A stretch of DNA of 37,923 bases, taken from assembly GCA_001784695.1 (NCBI GenBank), contig MFRV01000002.1:1-37923 (forward strand). The letters are read 5' to 3'. Below, in pieces: positions 26,105 to 35,293 of the stretch. This stretch comes from Candidatus Moranbacteria bacterium RIFCSPHIGHO2_01_FULL_54_31. Lineage in GTDB: Bacteria > Patescibacteriota > Minisyncoccia > Moranbacterales > UBA1568. Each line of letters begins with the position of its first letter. Within the stretch, counting starts at the first letter, position 1. Made by a program: the position numbers and the translations under genes. Below the pieces are notes generated by a model. That model was given only the letters and a program-made list of their open reading frames with translations, was not told where the DNA came from and searched no databases.

Positions 26105-28057
26105 ATGCCGCAAACTTTCTATATCGAAGCCGACGAAGAGATCATTTCCGTGATCGGCCGCTTGCGCAAATCATCTGCGGAAGAGAATATTTTCGTTTTT
26201 CCGAAACGCGCCTTGGTACTGCAGAGCATCGTCAATCTGCGGCTTTTGCAGCGCGAGGCGCAGAAGGTGGGGAAGAAGATAGTGATCGTCAGCCAAGACG
26301 AGGTGGGGAGAATGCTGGCAGAAAAGGCCGGTATCGCCATCGAGAACTATTCCGAGGATTTTTCCCAGAAAGCGGCTCATCTGGAGCTCATCTCCGCGGC
26401 AGGCGCTGTGCCGGCATCGGCATCTCCGAAACAAGGATCTCGGGAACAGAGCGTGCCGCACTCCGAAGCCATCGGCAGCAGCGATTTTTATGCGCTGCAG
26501 AGCGCTCCGCAGGCTCCTGCCGCTCCTCTGACGAGAGAAGCCTCGCCTGCCACGACGCTCCGCATACGGAATGCGACCCCTCCGAAATTGACCAGCTTGA
26601 ATTCCGCACGTTTGGCAGAGGCGACGACACCCGTTCAAAGAGAGCCTGTTTCTCGGCTGGGACAGTACCCGGCCTCGCCGTCCTTGTCTCCTTTGCCTCC
26701 CGTATCTCCCGTCTCTTCCGTGCCTCTTGCCCCGATTCCATCGTCATTTACCGCGAGTTCGCCGAGCACGCCGCAGCTGGAACGGGGAGATCGTTTGAAG
26801 AACTTCTACAGCGGAACGAGATCGTTGCCTCCGGCTGCTGCCGCTCCGAATAAAGCGCCGAAGCAGCAATCTGTTCCGGTTCTTGGCAAGAAAGCGCATA
26901 CCATATTTTTCGTGTTGGGAGGCATATCGATCCTGTCGCTCGCCGGAGTGCTGATTTTCTTTTTTATGCCGAAAGCTGAGGTGCACGTAGTGCCCTACAA
27001 GATCATACAGCCGACCGATGTCGAGCTTATGGGACGCGCCGATGTTTCCGTACCGGATGATCAGGCTATTCCCGTGCGTATCTTGGAAAAAGATGTCGCA
27101 GTCACTCTGACAACCGCGACCACCGGGAAATCCGATGGTACGAATCAGAAAGCCCGCGGTACGGTCGTAATCCGGAACGCTTATAGCGCCGATCCGCAGC
27201 CGCTCGTTGCCACGACGCGTTTGGAAACCGCTGATGGCAAGCTCTTCCGCCTGGTAAGCGGCGTGACCGTGCCGGGGATGACGACCAAGGATGGCGCCAA
27301 AGAACCGGGGGTGATCGAGGCGAATGTGGTGGCTGATCAATCGGGCGCGGAGTACAATATCGATGCGGCGGCATTCACTATTCCCGGATTCAAAGGCGGT
27401 CCGAAGTACGGCGCTTTCTCGGCTCAATCGACGAAACCGATGACGGGCGGCGGTAGCGGCGGTACGTCGGATATCGCTGTGGTCGCCAAAGTCGATCTCG
27501 ATACGGCCGAACGGGATGCCAAGACGAAAGCCAAGGAGGACTTCATGACTGCCGTGCGCGATGAACTGGCTCCGGATGAAAGGGTATTGGAAGAGCAGAT
27601 GGATATCGTTTTGCCTGCGCCGATCACATTGCCGCAAGTCGGTACGGCAGCCAATGCTATCGAGTACAGCGCGACTTTCAAGGTGCGCGCCTTCGTTTTT
27701 TCGGAAAAATCCGTGCAGGAGAAAGTCGATGCCAGGAGCAGGAAAGACGTCCAGGGTGTCGCGTTCAAGCCGGTCGCTTCGAGCATCACGTACAGCGATT
27801 CCGTGCCAAATTTTTCTGACGGGACGCTCAGTCTGCGGGCGCACGCGCTTGTGACGATGGAATCGGATATCGATCGCGACAAGCTGCGGGACAAGATTCT
27901 CGGACAGAACGAAGACGGCATCCAGCAAGCGCTTGGCGACTTCCCGGAAGTGAAAAAGATCTCGGTCACATTCCGTCCGCAGTGGTTCATCCATAGTATT
28001 CCGACGTCTCAGGACCGCGTTTTCATTCTCGTCGAACCGGGCGAGGAAGGGGAATAA
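26105..28057 (+). CDS. Bitopic membrane protein: small N-terminal domain, Pro/Ser-rich linker, one TM, large beta-rich external region (baseplate-J-like)
   Basis: YIEADEEIISVIGRL..VFPKRA..LQSIVNLRLL; TM IFFVLGGISILSLAGVLIFFFMP; KARGTVVIRN, ADQSGAEYNI..FTIPGF..MTGG. Confidence 0.8.
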   Translation: MPQTFYIEADEEIISVIGRLRKSSAEENIFVFPKRALVLQSIVNLRLLQREAQKVGKKIVIVSQDEVGRMLAEKAGIAIENYSEDFSQKAAHLELISAAGAVPASASPKQGSREQSVPHSEAIGSSDFYALQSAPQAPAAPLTREASPATTLRIRNATPPKLTSLNSARLAEATTPVQREPVSRLGQYPASPSLSPLPPVSPVSSVPLAPIPSSFTASSPSTPQLERGDRLKNFYSGTRSLPPAAAAPNKAPKQQSVPVLGKKAHTIFFVLGGISILSLAGVLIFFFMPKAEVHVVPYKIIQPTDVELMGRADVSVPDDQAIPVRILEKDVAVTLTTATTGKSDGTNQKARGTVVIRNAYSADPQPLVATTRLETADGKLFRLVSGVTVPGMTTKDGAKEPGVIEANVVADQSGAEYNIDAAAFTIPGFKGGPKYGAFSAQSTKPMTGGGSGGTSDIAVVAKVDLDTAERDAKTKAKEDFMTAVRDELAPDERVLEEQMDIVLPAPITLPQVGTAANAIEYSATFKVRAFVFSEKSVQEKVDARSRKDVQGVAFKPVASSITYSDSVPNFSDGTLSLRAHALVTMESDIDRDKLRDKILGQNEDGIQQALGDFPEVKKISVTFRPQWFIHSIPTSQDRVFILVEPGEEGE

Positions 28058-28111
28058 GCCGCTTGTCCCCGATCCTTATTTTTGTTACCCTTTCTTTTCA
28101 GCGATACGCCT

Positions 28112-28384
28112 ATGAGAAACGATATGACCCCGGAAGAACAAGCGCACCGCCAGACCGGCATCAGAAGCTCCCAAGCGCTGCTGTTTTCGCTGCAGTCCGA
28201 CAAGAGCCGTTTGGAGCGTAAGCAAAACGACATCCTGAATGATATCCGCCGGATGAAGACGGAACTCGGCCATCTCAAGGCGAGCCTGGAAGAACAAGAG
28301 GCTGCCGCCCGCTCGTTGAAACGCGAGATCGAGCTGGTGGACGAGGAACTGGCGCGGACGAAAAAACATATGGATACCCTGTGA
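28112..28384 (+). CDS. Small coiled-coil protein
   Basis: Continuous heptad pattern; operon-like spacing. Confidence 0.75.
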   Translation: MRNDMTPEEQAHRQTGIRSSQALLFSLQSDKSRLERKQNDILNDIRRMKTELGHLKASLEEQEAAARSLKREIELVDEELARTKKHMDTL

Positions 28385-28385
28385 T

Positions 28386-28613
28386 ATGACCGAAAGCACG
28401 TTCATCAAGATTATCCGTGAAGTCGTCGAACCCAAAGGGGTGCGGATTTTCGGTTCTCAAGAAACGAAATTGCATGCTCTCGCGCGTCAGTACAGCTCCG
28501 GATCCGTCGATATCAATTCGGCTCTCGAGACGCTCCAATCCATTTTCGCTGATGACTTCGTTCTCGAGCGGCATAGCTATGCTGAAATCGAAAAACGTCT
28601 GAAACGCTCTTAA
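28386..28613 (+). CDS. Hypothetical 75-aa protein
   Basis: Starts 1 nt after the upstream stop and ends 12 nt before alaS. Confidence 0.7.
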   Translation: MTESTFIKIIREVVEPKGVRIFGSQETKLHALARQYSSGSVDINSALETLQSIFADDFVLERHSYAEIEKRLKRS

Positions 28614-28625
28614 CGTATCCTGTCT

Positions 28626-30434
28626 ATGCAATCAAGCGACATCCGTTCCCATTTTCTCGAATTTTTCCGCAAACGCGAGCATACCATTATCCCCTCCGCA
28701 CCGCTGGTTCCCGAGAACGATCCTTCGGTACTGTTCAATACCGCCGGGATGCAGCCTCTGGTGCCGTATCTGCTCGGCGAGCCGCATCCGGAAGGGTCGC
28801 GCCTCGTGAATGCGCAGAAATGCGTCCGCACGACGGATATAGAGGAAATCGGCGACAAGACGCACGCCACTTTTTTCGAGATGCTCGGCAACTGGTCTCT
28901 CGGGGCGTATTTCAAGCAAGAAGCAATCGAGTGGAGCTACGAGTTCCTCACTTCGGCGGAAGAGGGATTGGGACTGGATCCGACCCGTCTGTATGTCACG
29001 GTGTTCGGCGGCAATGCCGATGCGCCGCGCGATGACGAATCATACGCGATCTGGAAGAAGATTTTCGATAGTGCCGGTGTCGCTGGCGAGCGCATCTACT
29101 ATATGACCACCACGCCCCTAGGCAAAGAGCCGAACTGGTGGAGCGCGGGAGAGAACGGTCCCTGCGGACCCGACACGGAGATGTTCTATGATGTCACCGG
29201 CACGCTGACGGCGGGGATGACCCAGGCAGAGTATATGGCAGCCGATGAGCGTCAGGATGTCGTCGAGATCTGGAACGACGTCTTTATGGAGTATGAGAAG
29301 AAAGACGGTCAAGTCATCGGCAAGCTCAAGCAGAGGAATGTGGACACCGGCGCCGGTCTCGAGCGCGTGACGATGGTGATCCAGGGCAAGGATACTATTT
29401 TCGATACGGATCTGTTCGCTCATCTGATGGATGTCCTGAGAGCGGGGAGCTCTTCTCCGGATATTCGTTTGCAGCGTATTGTCGCGGATCATCTCCGCAC
29501 TGCTATTTTCCTGATTGGTGATGGCGTAGAGCCCTCGAATACCGACCAGGGGTACATATTGCGCCGCCTGATCCGGCGAGCTGTGCGCTTCGCCGATGTC
29601 CTCGGCATCCAAGAGGGGACGCTGGATAATTTCATCTCCTCGGCGCTTGTTCCCTATCAAGGAGTATATGCGAATATCTGCGATCGGCAGTCGGAGATAG
29701 AGGCAGTCATCCGGAGCGAAGAAGAGAAATTCCGCCAAACGCTGAAAAGGGGACTGGGAGAGCTGGAAAAACGTCTGACAGATGGGAGCATATCCGGGGA
29801 CGACGCGTTCGTTCTCTTCTCCACGTATGGGTTTCCGCTAGAAATGACGATCGAGATAGCGAAAGAGAGAAATGTTCCGGTAGACGAAAGCGCTTTCCGG
29901 GAAGCGTTCAAGCGGCATCAGGATCTGTCCCGCACGGCGAGCACCGGCAAATTCAAAGGCGGGCTGGCGGATCATAGCCCCAAAGTGACGGCTTTTCATA
30001 CCGCGACGCATCTTTTGCTCGCGGGGCTCCGCAAAGAGCTCGGCGACGGGGTGCATCAGGCGGGATCGAATATCACCGAGGAGCGCACCCGTTTCGACTT
30101 CACCTATCCGGAAAAAGTCCCGCGCGAGACGCTCGATCGCGTGGAAGCCTATGTCAATGAGGCGATCGCGGCGCAGGCCGCTGTCGGTACGGTAGTGATG
30201 GAGAAAGAGGCTGCCAGAGCTGCCGGCGTCGAGGGGAGTTTCTGGGAGAAATACCCGGAGAAAGTGACCGTGTATCAGGTAGAAGCCCCGGATGGCACCG
30301 TCTACTCCCGCGAGCTCTGCGGCGGCCCCCATGTCGCGAATACGAGCGCTATCGCGCCTTTCGGCCGCTTCAGGATCATCAAGGAAGAAGCCTCTTCTGC
30401 CGGCGTGCGCCGTATCAAGGCTATTTTTGAGTAA
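28626..30434 (+). CDS. alaS: Alanine--tRNA ligase (short form, no C-Ala domain)
   Basis: LFNTAGMQP, QKCVRT, FFEMLGNWS, GPCGPDTE, DTGAGLER, editing HTATH and ELCGGPH; ends at AGVRRIKA. Confidence 0.96.
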   Translation: MQSSDIRSHFLEFFRKREHTIIPSAPLVPENDPSVLFNTAGMQPLVPYLLGEPHPEGSRLVNAQKCVRTTDIEEIGDKTHATFFEMLGNWSLGAYFKQEAIEWSYEFLTSAEEGLGLDPTRLYVTVFGGNADAPRDDESYAIWKKIFDSAGVAGERIYYMTTTPLGKEPNWWSAGENGPCGPDTEMFYDVTGTLTAGMTQAEYMAADERQDVVEIWNDVFMEYEKKDGQVIGKLKQRNVDTGAGLERVTMVIQGKDTIFDTDLFAHLMDVLRAGSSSPDIRLQRIVADHLRTAIFLIGDGVEPSNTDQGYILRRLIRRAVRFADVLGIQEGTLDNFISSALVPYQGVYANICDRQSEIEAVIRSEEEKFRQTLKRGLGELEKRLTDGSISGDDAFVLFSTYGFPLEMTIEIAKERNVPVDESAFREAFKRHQDLSRTASTGKFKGGLADHSPKVTAFHTATHLLLAGLRKELGDGVHQAGSNITEERTRFDFTYPEKVPRETLDRVEAYVNEAIAAQAAVGTVVMEKEAARAAGVEGSFWEKYPEKVTVYQVEAPDGTVYSRELCGGPHVANTSAIAPFGRFRIIKEEASSAGVRRIKAIFE

Positions 30435-30507
30435 CGCACGAGTCATTTGACAGCAGCGGCAAAAAAAGATAGACTATTTGGGTATATAAATGACTAGTTT
30501 TTGGCAT

Positions 30508-30819
30508 ATGCTCGCGATTATCAGGACTGGCGGAAAGCAGTACAAGGTTTCCGAACATCAGACAGTGAAGATCGAGAAGCTCGATCAGGAAATCGGCGCC
30601 ACCGTGAAATTCGAGGTGCTGTTCTTGGGCGATGAGAAAGAAGTGCATATCGGTACGCCGGTTCTGGAGAAGGCCGTCGTCGAGGGCAAGGTGATCGCTC
30701 AGGAGCGCCACAAGAAAGTGACCGGCATCAAGCACAAGCCGAAGAAGCGCTATCTCGTCCGTTATGGACATCGCCAAGCCTACACCGCCGTGGAAATCAC
30801 CAAGATCTCAGTGAAGTAA
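30508..30819 (+). CDS. rplU: 50S ribosomal protein L21
   Basis: MLAIIRTGGKQYKV...GHRQAYT. Confidence 0.97.
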   Translation: MLAIIRTGGKQYKVSEHQTVKIEKLDQEIGATVKFEVLFLGDEKEVHIGTPVLEKAVVEGKVIAQERHKKVTGIKHKPKKRYLVRYGHRQAYTAVEITKISVK

Positions 30820-30822
30820 TCG

Positions 30823-30852
30823 AAACGGCCTGCAATGAGCAGACCGTTTTTT
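30823..30852 (+). terminator. rplU terminator
   Basis: AAACGGCCTGC-AATGA-GCAGACCGTTTTTT. Confidence 0.65.
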
Positions 30853-30908
30853 CATCATTGCCGATACAAATAAAATAGCTCCCGTACGATTGTACAGAGA
30901 GCCGTTTT

Positions 30909-31097
30909 TTAGGTTTTCCTTATTTGTGTCCAGAGATTGCGGCACAAGCGGAGACACTTGTTAGGAAAAGAATGAAGCCGCTTCATTTGCCGATCGTACT
31001 CGGCTTCTTTCTGCCGGATGACAGCTGCTATCTGGCGTATTTCTTCTGCACTGGCTGGCTGAAAGCCTTGGCCACTTTCGGTAAGCACTGGCCGCAT
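30909..31097 (-). CDS. 62-aa orphan protein
   Basis: SD AAAGGAG 7 nt upstream of ATG; consensus promoter upstream; hairpin ~30872-30910 downstream. Confidence 0.65.
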   Translation of the reverse strand: MRPVLTESGQGFQPASAEEIRQIAAVIRQKEAEYDRQMKRLHSFPNKCLRLCRNLWTQIRKT

Positions 31098-31130
31098 GAC
31101 CCTTCTCCTTTCGAAAAGAACTTGTTTGTT

Positions 31131-31158
31131 ATTATACCAGTTCTTTGCGGTTTGTCAA
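31131..31158 (-). promoter_or_regulatory. Consensus sigma70 promoter embedded in the recR 3' end
   Basis: TTGACA-16 nt-TATAAT with TGn; the -10 overlaps the recR stop codon. Confidence 0.7.
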
Positions 31159-31728
31159 GGATGAGACAAGGGTCAGCTCGTCGGCATATTCGATGTCGCC
31201 GCCGGTCGCCATACCGCGGGCGATGCGGGTGACCTTGATATGCATCGGCTCAAGTTTTTTCTTGAGATAGAGAGCAGTCAGATCGCCTTCCGTGGTCGGG
31301 TTGGTCGCCAGGATGACTTCTTGGATGCCATCGTTCTCCACCCGATTCAGGAGTTCGCTTACGCGCAGATTGCCGCTGTTGTCATTCTTGCCGCTTTCCA
31401 AGAGGCCGCCCAAGACGTGATACAGCCCCTGGTAGGTCCCGGTGCGTTCGATGGCGATGACATCGAGCGGCTCTTCGACGAGACAGAGCGTGTCGGTCTG
31501 GCGCTTCGGATCGGCGCAGATAGCGCAGAGCTCGCCTTCCGCGATATGGAAGCAGCGGACGCAGCTTTTCAGATGATGCAGCTCCTCGAGGCTCTCGGCG
31601 AAGCTCTGCAGTTTCTCCTCGTCCTGCTTGAAGAGGTAGAGCACGATGCGCTCGGCCATTTTCGGACCGACGGAGGGGAGGGCGGAAAAGTGTGCGATCA
31701 GGGATTGGAAGACTTTGGGGTAATGCAT
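31132..31728 (-). CDS. recR: Recombination mediator RecR
   Basis: LPSVGPKMAER HhH, C4 zinc finger CVRC..CAIC, TOPRIM VEEPLD, ATNPTTEGD, DIEYADELTL. Confidence 0.96.
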   Translation of the reverse strand: MHYPKVFQSLIAHFSALPSVGPKMAERIVLYLFKQDEEKLQSFAESLEELHHLKSCVRCFHIAEGELCAICADPKRQTDTLCLVEEPLDVIAIERTGTYQGLYHVLGGLLESGKNDNSGNLRVSELLNRVENDGIQEVILATNPTTEGDLTALYLKKKLEPMHIKVTRIARGMATGGDIEYADELTLVSSLTNRKELV

Positions 31729-31743
31729 ATTGGTTTTTTTGAT

Positions 31744-31889
31744 GAGTTTTACAGCCAATAATCTTTCCGAGAGACACTCGCTCGTCCAGCGACGAACTCA
31801 CTTCTGAAACTTTCGTGATCCGTCGAAACGACGGAACCATGCTCACGAAAGTTTCAAGCCTCTCTGAAAGATTTTGGCTGTAAATACTC
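31744..31889 (+). repeat. Structured ~150-nt repeat element, copy C
   Basis: Outer TTTACAGCCAA/TTGGCTGTAAA; P1 AATCTTTCCGAGAG/CTCTCTGAAAGATT; P2 TCGTC-CAGC-GACGA; P3 TGAAACTTTCGTGA/TCACGAAAGTTTCA; P4 CCGTCG-AAA-CGACGG; bulge AACCATGC. Confidence 0.88.
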
Positions 31890-31905
31890 TTGCGATAAAG
31901 ATATT

Positions 31906-33264
31906 TCAGCCGTGGATTTTTTCGAGGGATTTGAAGGTGGTGGAGTTTTCGTCGAAGTACAGGGAGATCTTGCCGACCGGACCGTTACGGTGCTTGGCAA
32001 CGATGATGTCGGCGATATTCTTGTTGGGGGTGTCCGGCCGTACGCGGTCTTCGCGGTAGAGGAACATCACGACGTCGGCATCCTGCTCAATGGAACCGGA
32101 TTCGCGCAGGTCGGAGAGTTTCGGCACCTGATCCGGTCGGGATTCCACGGCGCGCGACAATTGCGAGAGGGCGATGACCGGGATATTCAACTCGCGGGCG
32201 AGCTGCTTCAGTCCGCGGGAGATCTCGGAGATTTCCTGGACGCGGTTGTCTCCCTTGCTGCTACGGCCTTCCATCAGTTGCAGGTAGTCGACGATGATGA
32301 GGCCGAGATTGTGCTCGGCCTGCAGGCGGCGCGCCATCGTGCGCATCTCCATTATATTCAGCGACCCTGAGTCATCGATGAAGATCGGGGCCTCGGAGAG
32401 CACTCCCATAGCGTCAGAAATGCGCTCAAAGTCGTTATTCGGCCCCTCACTCGAGAGTTTTCCGGTACGGAGCTTCCAGAGGTCGACTCCGGCCTGGGCG
32501 GCGATCATACGGTCGACGAGCTGGTCAGAGGACATTTCCAGGGAGAAGACGCCGACCGGGACTTTGGAGTGGATGCCGACCTGGCGGGCGATATCGAGGG
32601 CGAACGTCGTCTTGCCGATAGACGGGCGCGCGGCGAGGATCAGGAGATCGGATTTCTGCAAGCCGGCCAAGAGCGCATCGAGATCCGGAAAATGCGTCTG
32701 GACGCCGCGGAAGGCGTGATCGCTTTTGTGCAGCTCATCGATACGGTTGAAGGCGATCTCCAGGATGGATTTGATCGGTACGAAATCTTGCTTGATGTAT
32801 TTCTGCGACACCGCGAAGACTTTCTGTTCCGCTTCGTCGAGCAGTTTCTGGACGTCTTCGGATTCGTCGTAGCCCATCTCGATGATATCGCTTGCGGCCG
32901 AGATGAGGCGGCGCAGGAGGACTTTCTTCTGGACGACTTTCGCGTAGTGGGCGACATTGGTTGCGGAGGGGACGGAGTTTACGAGCGAGGCCAGGTAGCT
33001 TGATCCGCCGACGCGTTCCAGTTGGCCTTTTTCTTCGAGCTTGTTGGCGAGCGATAGGACGTCGATTGGTTCGCGATCCTCATAGAGGGCGAGCATCGTC
33101 TCATAGATCAGGTTGTGGTCGTCCTTGTAGAAATCACCGATCTTCAAGAGGTCAGCCACCTTGATGATCGCGTCCTTGTCCAGCATCAAAGAGCCGAGTA
33201 CGGACGTTTCGGCTTCGAGGTTGTGCGGAGGAACGCGGAGATGTTCGGTCTTGGATGTAGCCAT
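31906..33264 (-). CDS. dnaB: Replicative DNA helicase
   Basis: PPHNLEAE, AARPSIGKT, FSLEM, IVDYLQLM, LSQLSR, SDLRESGSIEQDAD, KHRNGP; no intein. Confidence 0.98.
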   Translation of the reverse strand: MATSKTEHLRVPPHNLEAETSVLGSLMLDKDAIIKVADLLKIGDFYKDDHNLIYETMLALYEDREPIDVLSLANKLEEKGQLERVGGSSYLASLVNSVPSATNVAHYAKVVQKKVLLRRLISAASDIIEMGYDESEDVQKLLDEAEQKVFAVSQKYIKQDFVPIKSILEIAFNRIDELHKSDHAFRGVQTHFPDLDALLAGLQKSDLLILAARPSIGKTTFALDIARQVGIHSKVPVGVFSLEMSSDQLVDRMIAAQAGVDLWKLRTGKLSSEGPNNDFERISDAMGVLSEAPIFIDDSGSLNIMEMRTMARRLQAEHNLGLIIVDYLQLMEGRSSKGDNRVQEISEISRGLKQLARELNIPVIALSQLSRAVESRPDQVPKLSDLRESGSIEQDADVVMFLYREDRVRPDTPNKNIADIIVAKHRNGPVGKISLYFDENSTTFKSLEKIHG

Positions 33265-33304
33265 AGCGGATTCTATTCTAGCACTGTTTTTCCGATACGG
33301 GAAC

Positions 33305-33333
33305 TGGACAAAATACCGGAAATAGGGTATACT
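33305..33333 (+). promoter_or_regulatory. Probable sigma70 promoter
   Basis: TGGACA-17 nt-TATACT. Confidence 0.55.
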
Positions 33334-33386
33334 GTTCGGATACGTTCTTTACCAACCAACCATGCTTACTTGAAAGGGGCAAATCC

Positions 33387-33812
33387 ATGAAAAAGCGGAA
33401 AAAACCAGTTTCTAGTCCACCACAACCACCCATTGATAACCCGCAGCACCGGGCAATCGCGGAGAAGATCATCACTAAGCTGAAAGAGCCACCCGATGGA
33501 GTAGATGTGCTTTTTTGTCGTCCGGAAGACGGGTTTTCTCTGGATGTGCTGACGGAGACGGAAGAGCAATGTTTCCGAGCAGCGCTCGCGGCGACATCCA
33601 TTCAGGTCGTGTCATTTCCGATAAGCGATCCGAAGGGGCACTTCGCTGATTTATTCGGTAACGGAAAAAAAATCATTACTTGCTTCGAGCGTGATCATAT
33701 CCGCAGAGACATGCGCACTTTTATACCAACGTCGCTCAGTGGGCCATGGCTCAAGGATGATAAAGATAAAAAGGATAAGCATAAAAAAGATAAGAATGTT
33801 CTGGTTATCTGA
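33387..33812 (+). CDS. Hypothetical orphan protein with a Lys/Asp-rich C-terminus
   Basis: Promoter, SD-like AAGGGG and terminator flank a 141-aa ORF. Confidence 0.65.
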   Translation: MKKRKKPVSSPPQPPIDNPQHRAIAEKIITKLKEPPDGVDVLFCRPEDGFSLDVLTETEEQCFRAALAATSIQVVSFPISDPKGHFADLFGNGKKIITCFERDHIRRDMRTFIPTSLSGPWLKDDKDKKDKHKKDKNVLVI

Positions 33813-33825
33813 ATCAGGTGACAAC

Positions 33826-33858
33826 AAAAAGCCGAGTACTGAAAAGTACCCGGCTTTT
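33826..33858. terminator. Bidirectional terminator between the orphan and cysS
   Basis: AAAAGCCGAGTACT-GAAA-AGTACCCGGCTTTT. Confidence 0.75.
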
Positions 33859-33866
33859 AAATTTGT

Positions 33867-35282
33867 CTAGGATTTCTTGAGGCGATAGCTGCCGGGGACA
33901 TCCTCGATCACGTAGCCATGTGTGGCGATCTCATCGCGCAATCGATCCGAGAGGGCGAAGTCTTTGGCATTGCGGGCAGCCTCGCGATCTGCGGCGAGAT
34001 CAAGCACTGCTTGCGGGGCGGTTGCGGTTTCCTGCACGAGGCCGAAAAGGAAGAATATCTTTTCCCAGACGAGTGTCAGCGCTTCGCGGTCGATCGGTTC
34101 ATCCGCATCGAGGAGCGTGTTGATTTTTTTCGCGAGCTCGAGCGCGATGGCGAGCGCCTCGGGCGTATTCAGGTCATCTTGCATCGCAGTCCGGAAGCGC
34201 TCCAGGAAGTCCGCTCCATTGAACGCCCCAGCTTTCGCCTGGTCATTGGTCAGCTGATCGAGGCGGGTCGTGAGACCAAACAATGTTTCCTTGTTCTTTT
34301 TTCCTTGTTCGAGGGCTTCCCAGGTGAAATTCATCTGACTACGATAATGCGCGCCGAGGAGCGCCATCCGGAAGTCCATCGGGGCGTATCCGTGCTCGAT
34401 GATGTCGTCGAGGGTATAGAAATTGCCTTTGGATTTGGACATCTTCTCGCCGTTCACCAGGATATGGCGCATATGGAGGAAGTAGCGGACGAACGGCTTG
34501 CCGGTGACGCCTTCGGACTGCACGATTTCCGCCTCGTGGTGGGGGAAGATGTTGTCTTCGCCGCCGGTATGGATGTCGAGCGTGTCGCCGAGATATTCCA
34601 TACTCATCGCGGAGCACTCGATATGCCAGCCGGGATAGCCTTCGCTCCAGGGCGACGGCCAATGCATCAGGTGTTCCTTGGGCGCTTTCAGCCACATCGT
34701 GAAATCCCACGGATGTTTCTTGTCAGGGTGCTCTTCGAGACGCGCGCCGACTTTGAGGTTCTCCAGCGTATTGCCGGAGAGCTTGCCGTATTCCGGGAAG
34801 GTCGTCACATCGAGGAAGACGTTGCCGTTCTTCTCATAGGCGTGGCCTGCGGCGATGAGCGCTTCGATGAGCTTGATCATCTGCGGAATATGTGCCGTGG
34901 CCCGGGGGAAATAATGCGCCGGGAGGATATTCATCTCTGCTTCCGTCTGATGGAAATAATTTTCGAAAAATTCCGCTATCTCTTGCGGGGTCTTGTGTTC
35001 GGCCCTGGCCTGTTTCTCGATCTTGTCTTCGCCGCTATCGCCCTGGGCGACATCGTCATCTGTGAGGTGCCCGACGTCGGTGATGTTCTTGATCATCCGC
35101 ACTTCATAGCCGCCATCCTCGAGGACGCGGCGCAGGGTATCGGCGAACACAGAGGCGCGCAGATTGCCGATATGGGCATAGCTGTATACCGTCGGACCGC
35201 AAACATACATCCCGACCTTTCCTTTCGTCAACGATTCAAAAATTTCCTTCTGTTTCGTGAGGGTATTGTAGAGTTTGATCAT
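33867..35282 (-). CDS. cysS: Cysteine--tRNA ligase
   Basis: [43 protein letters not shown]. Confidence 0.98.
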   Translation of the reverse strand: MIKLYNTLTKQKEIFESLTKGKVGMYVCGPTVYSYAHIGNLRASVFADTLRRVLEDGGYEVRMIKNITDVGHLTDDDVAQGDSGEDKIEKQARAEHKTPQEIAEFFENYFHQTEAEMNILPAHYFPRATAHIPQMIKLIEALIAAGHAYEKNGNVFLDVTTFPEYGKLSGNTLENLKVGARLEEHPDKKHPWDFTMWLKAPKEHLMHWPSPWSEGYPGWHIECSAMSMEYLGDTLDIHTGGEDNIFPHHEAEIVQSEGVTGKPFVRYFLHMRHILVNGEKMSKSKGNFYTLDDIIEHGYAPMDFRMALLGAHYRSQMNFTWEALEQGKKNKETLFGLTTRLDQLTNDQAKAGAFNGADFLERFRTAMQDDLNTPEALAIALELAKKINTLLDADEPIDREALTLVWEKIFFLFGLVQETATAPQAVLDLAADREAARNAKDFALSDRLRDEIATHGYVIEDVPGSYRLKKS

Positions 35283-35293
35283 ATCGAGAGCGG

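Noticed and set aside
26105-28057. Phage tail or contractile injection system locus
   Set aside because: The protein has a TM anchor and there are no sheath, tube or other baseplate genes nearby
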